This document shows, one piece after another, positions 59,968 to 64,000 of a DNA stretch of 64,000 nt. Source of the stretch: Klebsormidium nitens (Eukaryota > Plantae > Klebsormidiophyceae); contig DF237214.1 in assembly GCA_000708835.1 (NCBI GenBank), positions 1-64,000 on the forward strand, in the 5' to 3' direction. The notes beneath the pieces are model-generated. The model was given only the letters and a program-made list of their open reading frames with translations. It was not told the DNA's origin and made no database searches. Made by a program: the position numbers and the translations under genes. The stretch's first letter is position 1. Each line of letters starts with the position of its first letter.

Positions 59968-62900
59968 TCAGTTATGACGTCGCAGATATGCTTCGTAAGC
60001 CTCGTCTTGCTGCCTTTGGCACTCTTCCTCAAACTCTTCCTCAGATTCGTCCTGCCAAAGGCATTTGGCTGTAGAAGTCTCCCCCTCGTCCGCCTTTCCA
60101 GGCACATGGTCCTTTTGGGCAGCCACTGAGGGACGCCGGCGGTCCTTCAAGAACCAGCTTGCCACGGATTCTGCACACGAAAAATGAAGTTAGAAGTCGG
60201 CCCAGTCTAGCTTCCTGTCTTCGATCCGGCCAAGGAAAGAAGTTCGACGAAGTCGGTGGTAGGCAACCAAACATTCGCATCCTCTAGTTGCTCACAATAG
60301 GTATAATTCAGGACTTGTTCGGAACAATAAATTGCATCAAGTGGTGTTATCGCCTGAAGTTGACTGGCATGCCGGCATTACAGATGCAAAAAATCATTAT
60401 GTTGCTGAACGTCAACTGATTCACCAATTTCGACGGCTAAAACGAAGTTTGCAAATTCGTGAAAGGTAACTCGTATGGACATATAACAAGACGTCTTCGA
60501 ACCGAGCTGGTTTCAAAATGTCTCTTCAATTTAGCAATAGTAAACCCTAGAGCAATAGTAAGCTCCGACACTAACACTAAAAACCTAACCTACAAAAACA
60601 CCCGCTCCGCACCCGAACCCACCCTAACCCCCAAACTAACCCTTTCCGTCCCAGGCTGGTGAGCTTACTATTGCTAAAGCTTACTATTGCTAAATTGAAG
60701 ATTCTTGTTTCAAACAGGGGGCGCGGATGGTGGCCCCTTTGACGAGCGACAGAGAGCCAGAAAGAAACGCTCCTATTCGGCCGACTCGACAAAGCGCACT
60801 TTTTACCCACTGCTCCACGAAGAATCTACTGGTCCAATAGAGATTTGTCGGGCCAAGCACAAATCTCACTTCACCACGATCGGCAGGCCTCTCTCTTTGC
60901 GAAGAAAGTGAATATTCAGAACGCATGTGCACTGGTACGCAAGGTTGAGTTGCAGGAAAGGTCCCCACCTGACGAGACTTGCGGAAACGAGAGCTGCCCC
61001 TCGGCCGGCTCTTCCGTGGTTGGCTTCAGAAGACCGCACTTTGTACAAAAGACATGTGGGTAGCTGTCCTCGTAGCTTTTGTACTCCTGAACATCAGGTA
61101 AAACCGGAGTTATAAAGGAGATCGTTCTTTGACAATAGGTTTAGTAAGCTCAAGTTTTAGTGCTGGGACGGGTACGGTTAGTTTGGTGGTTAACGTGGGT
61201 ACGGGTGCGAAGCGAGTGACTATTTAGGTTTAGGATTTTTGGTGTTAGTTACCTTCTTACTTAAACTTGAGCTTACTAAACCTATTTTAGAGAAGTATGT
61301 CAAGGAGGTTATTCGTCGCGTCCCCACACCAACTGCCTAGGTGACTTCTCTTACAACCCGTTCCTTCGGTCTCGACCGCTTTCTAAGTAGCACAAGGTGC
61401 ACTGTGTTCACAACGCACCTTTCGTCAGTTGACTGAGACCAAGGGTTGCGAGAGCCCAAAAACCATGGGACACTTTTTCCTCAGGAAACAAAATAATCGA
61501 AGGAGGGGCGCATGAAGGTCGCTTGCTTAGAAGAGGTAAGAGATCCACTGCGTGACCAGAAGTGATCCCAAACTCTCACAGCGATGTCAACCTTCTACGA
61601 TTTCCATTTTGAGCGATTCAGCTGTGCGGACTTTTTGAAAGGCGGAGGCAGCGCTTGCGAAGTAATAGAAACCGCACGGAATGAACGCGAGGCCCTTTTC
61701 CTCAGCTAAGTTCCAAAGAGAGCGACACCCTAACCTGAGCTGACGTTGACGGTTGAGAATAGACACGCGACTCACCCCCGTTCGAGATTCAAAAGGACGC
61801 TTATCCTTGAAACACTTCTTGCACAGCGGAAGATATTTGGGCGCGCTCCCATCGACGTGCGGGAGCCCCTCTCCGTCGTTCTCGCACTTGCAGAATTGAG
61901 CGGGAAGACACGTGCCGCACACAAAGCCGCGATTACACGTGTCGCCAGTGCAGCGGCGGCGCTCCGCCAGCTTGGACTCGTCGTCGCATATCGGACAGAG
62001 ACCCACGCTGCAGTTCGAGCACATGAAGGCCCTGGCGAAAGAGAGAGAGAATCTGTATTAAGTATCGAGGAACTTTTCGCCTTCGACAAGGAGGGACGAG
62101 AGCTTTTCAAGTTACACAATGTTCCCGTCCTGCATCGAGAAAGCGGCAAGGACGTCGGGGCATTTTGGTGAGTCGATTATAGATGGTTTCAGAGGACGGA
62201 GACCTTGCCATCTAAAGGCTCGAGCCAAACCCTGTGGTTACCACTAAGAAACAGTCTATTCCATCTGTGCTGTGTGAGAGTCCCGTCAACGGAAAAAACG
62301 TCGAGAAGAGCGGCTTTTGAATGTGACAATTGCGTAGCGTCACAGAACACAGGAGCACCGTGATCAAGCCTGGATAGTGGCGAACGGAACCAGTCAACCG
62401 TCAAAAGGACGCTCATCAATGAAGCTTGTTAGCAAATAACGTCCAGTGAGGTAGTCACTTGTTGCTGTCGCAGCTTCAACATCAAACGCTACCTATATTT
62501 GCACACAAGAAACCCGGAGGTGCCAGGTGGCATTCTAGAAGGAAGCTAGAGATCCAGAAAGGCAGCTGCTCCAAAGCGCATGCTCCTTCCATTGAAAGGC
62601 GAACCTTGCGGATCAGAAACTTAAGGTGGAGTTGCCTGGTTTTGTAGACAAGAAGCTCGCTTCTTCTTCAGGTATTGTAAAAATGCCGGGACGAGGACGT
62701 GCCAGCTAGGGTCTGTCAGATTACCTGTCCTCATGAGCCTCGAAGCACTTGTCGCAAAACTGGTGGCCGCACTTGAAATGAGCATCGACCGAGTCGCCCT
62801 CCAATTCGCACAGGAACTTCTTGCACCGGTCGCAATCGAAGGTGACCTGCACGGAAAGACATTCAGAAATCAGGATTGGCGCATTTTGATACGCACAAAG

Positions 62901-63419
62901 ACCAAACAAAGCTCCTATTGTTGAATGCACCTGAACTTACGGTGGTTCTGCAGGGGCAGGGAATCGAAGGTTTTCGGATAAGAGCAGCAACTATATATTT
63001 TCAACCCTTTCCACCCGATCTGCGGTTGACTTCTTTAGACCAAAGCTGCCTTGGTGCTTTCAAAGTAATCCAGTCAATCATGGCGGCATTGCAAACCTGC
63101 TTGACAAACCCATACCAATAAGTCCTGTATAATACTTTCTTCAAAGCAATAAGGTCGCCGCATTTCAACACAAAGCTCAAGAAACCAGCTCGCAGGAACG
63201 ATGACAAGCAGCAAGCAGCTTACCCCCCACTTGTCCGGCTGCCGCAGTTCTCGCACGAGTCGGTTGCCTCTGCTTCCTCACACTCTGCGCACATCTCGAT
63301 CTCATTCTCCACGAGTTTCCACACGAGTGGCATCGACATGAAGTAGCGCTGGAGCTTGGGGAGCGTGCATTCCTTGAAGGAGACCCCCGCGATCTTCAAC
63401 CTCCAAAGCCGCCACCTTG
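59968..63419 (-). CDS. Cys-rich (multiple CxxC) putative zinc-binding protein with an acidic C-terminus; 5' part unresolved, may extend past the window
   Basis: Exons ~63419-63224 (CAECEE..CENC), 62846-62725 (CDRCKKFLC..CGHQFCDKC), 62031-61776 (CSNC..CPIC..C..C..CGTC..CKC..CKKC), 61038-60969 and 60170-59968 (ESEEEFEEEC..RRHN*). The last three junctions are phase-compatible. The 63224 to 62846 junction is not resolved. Confidence 0.6.
60523..60701. mobile_element. ~180-bp MITE-like element, 21-bp perfect TIR, C-rich CCTAAC-like core
   Basis: TCTTCAATTTAGCAATAGTAA (60523-60543) is the reverse complement of 60681-60701. The subterminal AGCAATAGTAAGCTC is duplicated. No clear TSD. Confidence 0.75.
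61134..61286. mobile_element. ~150-bp MITE-like element, same family as 60523-60701, opposite orientation
   Basis: 24-bp perfect TIR AATAGGTTTAGTAAGCTCAAGTTT / AAACTTGAGCTTACTAAACCTATT, compatible with TA|GG..CC|TA. The core in reverse complement (ACTAACACCAAAAATCCTAAACC..GCACCCGTACCCAC..CCAAACTAACCGTACCCGTCCCAG) aligns with the core of the first copy. Confidence 0.75.
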
Positions 63420-64000
63420 CTGCATATAAAGTAGAGCCTTGATAAACAACAATCCGGGCAGCTATGGGGATCTAGCAGCATCAATTACTTGGTGAAAGAA
63501 TTCCCGAGACCGAGCTGAACCGGCTTTCAGTTACTGTGAAAGTCAGAGCTCGTGTCAGTGCTTGGTGTATCCTCGAAGTGCAAAAAAGTGGTTCAAGAAG
63601 GCACAAAGCATCCGGTGACCATGTATCAACGATCTTCTGCCGCATCGCAACCAACTTTCGCAACCTCCAGTGAATGCTTTAGCGATACGTACAAACAAGT
63701 AAATGTTTGCAAAAAAACATGGGTAATCCTGCAAGATCACCTCATGACAAGTTGCCTGCTTCCGAGAGGGGACCACATGCAAAATGGCTTTCCTTTGAAA
63801 TACAGGGACAAGGAACAAACAAGGTAAGGTTAAGCTGCAAGGAAGCATACACCCAGGAGCTCTACAGGATGAGCGTTTAACCATCTGCGGGCCCTCAAAA
63901 TTCCCTCCGAGTCAGAAGCAAGTCCCAGGAAAATATAGTAGGATTCGTTCCTATCCCTTCAGCCCTAACTATTTCCGCCTTACCCGCCAAATATGTCAAG

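Overview
Eukaryotic, intron-rich nuclear DNA (GT-AG introns, GC-rich exons, one 175-N assembly gap). Gene content and style suggest a streptophyte green alga such as Klebsormidium (inference). Seven protein genes can be reconstructed: (1) an unknown single-pass membrane protein with a mucin-like stalk (+); (2) IMPACT, RWD plus Ancient domain (-); (3) a BT1/Brittle-1-type mitochondrial-carrier-family transporter (-); (4) a large SOP1/ZC3H3-like five-CCCH protein (+), head-to-head with BT1; (5) a secreted protein with 2 EGF-like domains and 3 exon-encoded copies of an unrecognised 6-Cys module (+); (6) a ~19-kb DCL1-type Dicer with very large disordered insertions (-); (7) a CxxC-rich protein, 5' end unresolved (-). 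Also present: an intron-containing tRNA-Gly(UCC) with bacterial-type features (U73) and three MITE-like elements. The most striking unexplained structure is a set of decayed splice-junction 'echoes'. At least 7 DCL1 junctions and 2 SOP1 junctions are followed or preceded in the intron by 1-4 tandem copies of the junction itself, many with intact splice dinucleotides, and six spacings fall at 165-169 bp. All coordinates were derived by eye and may be off by a few bases.
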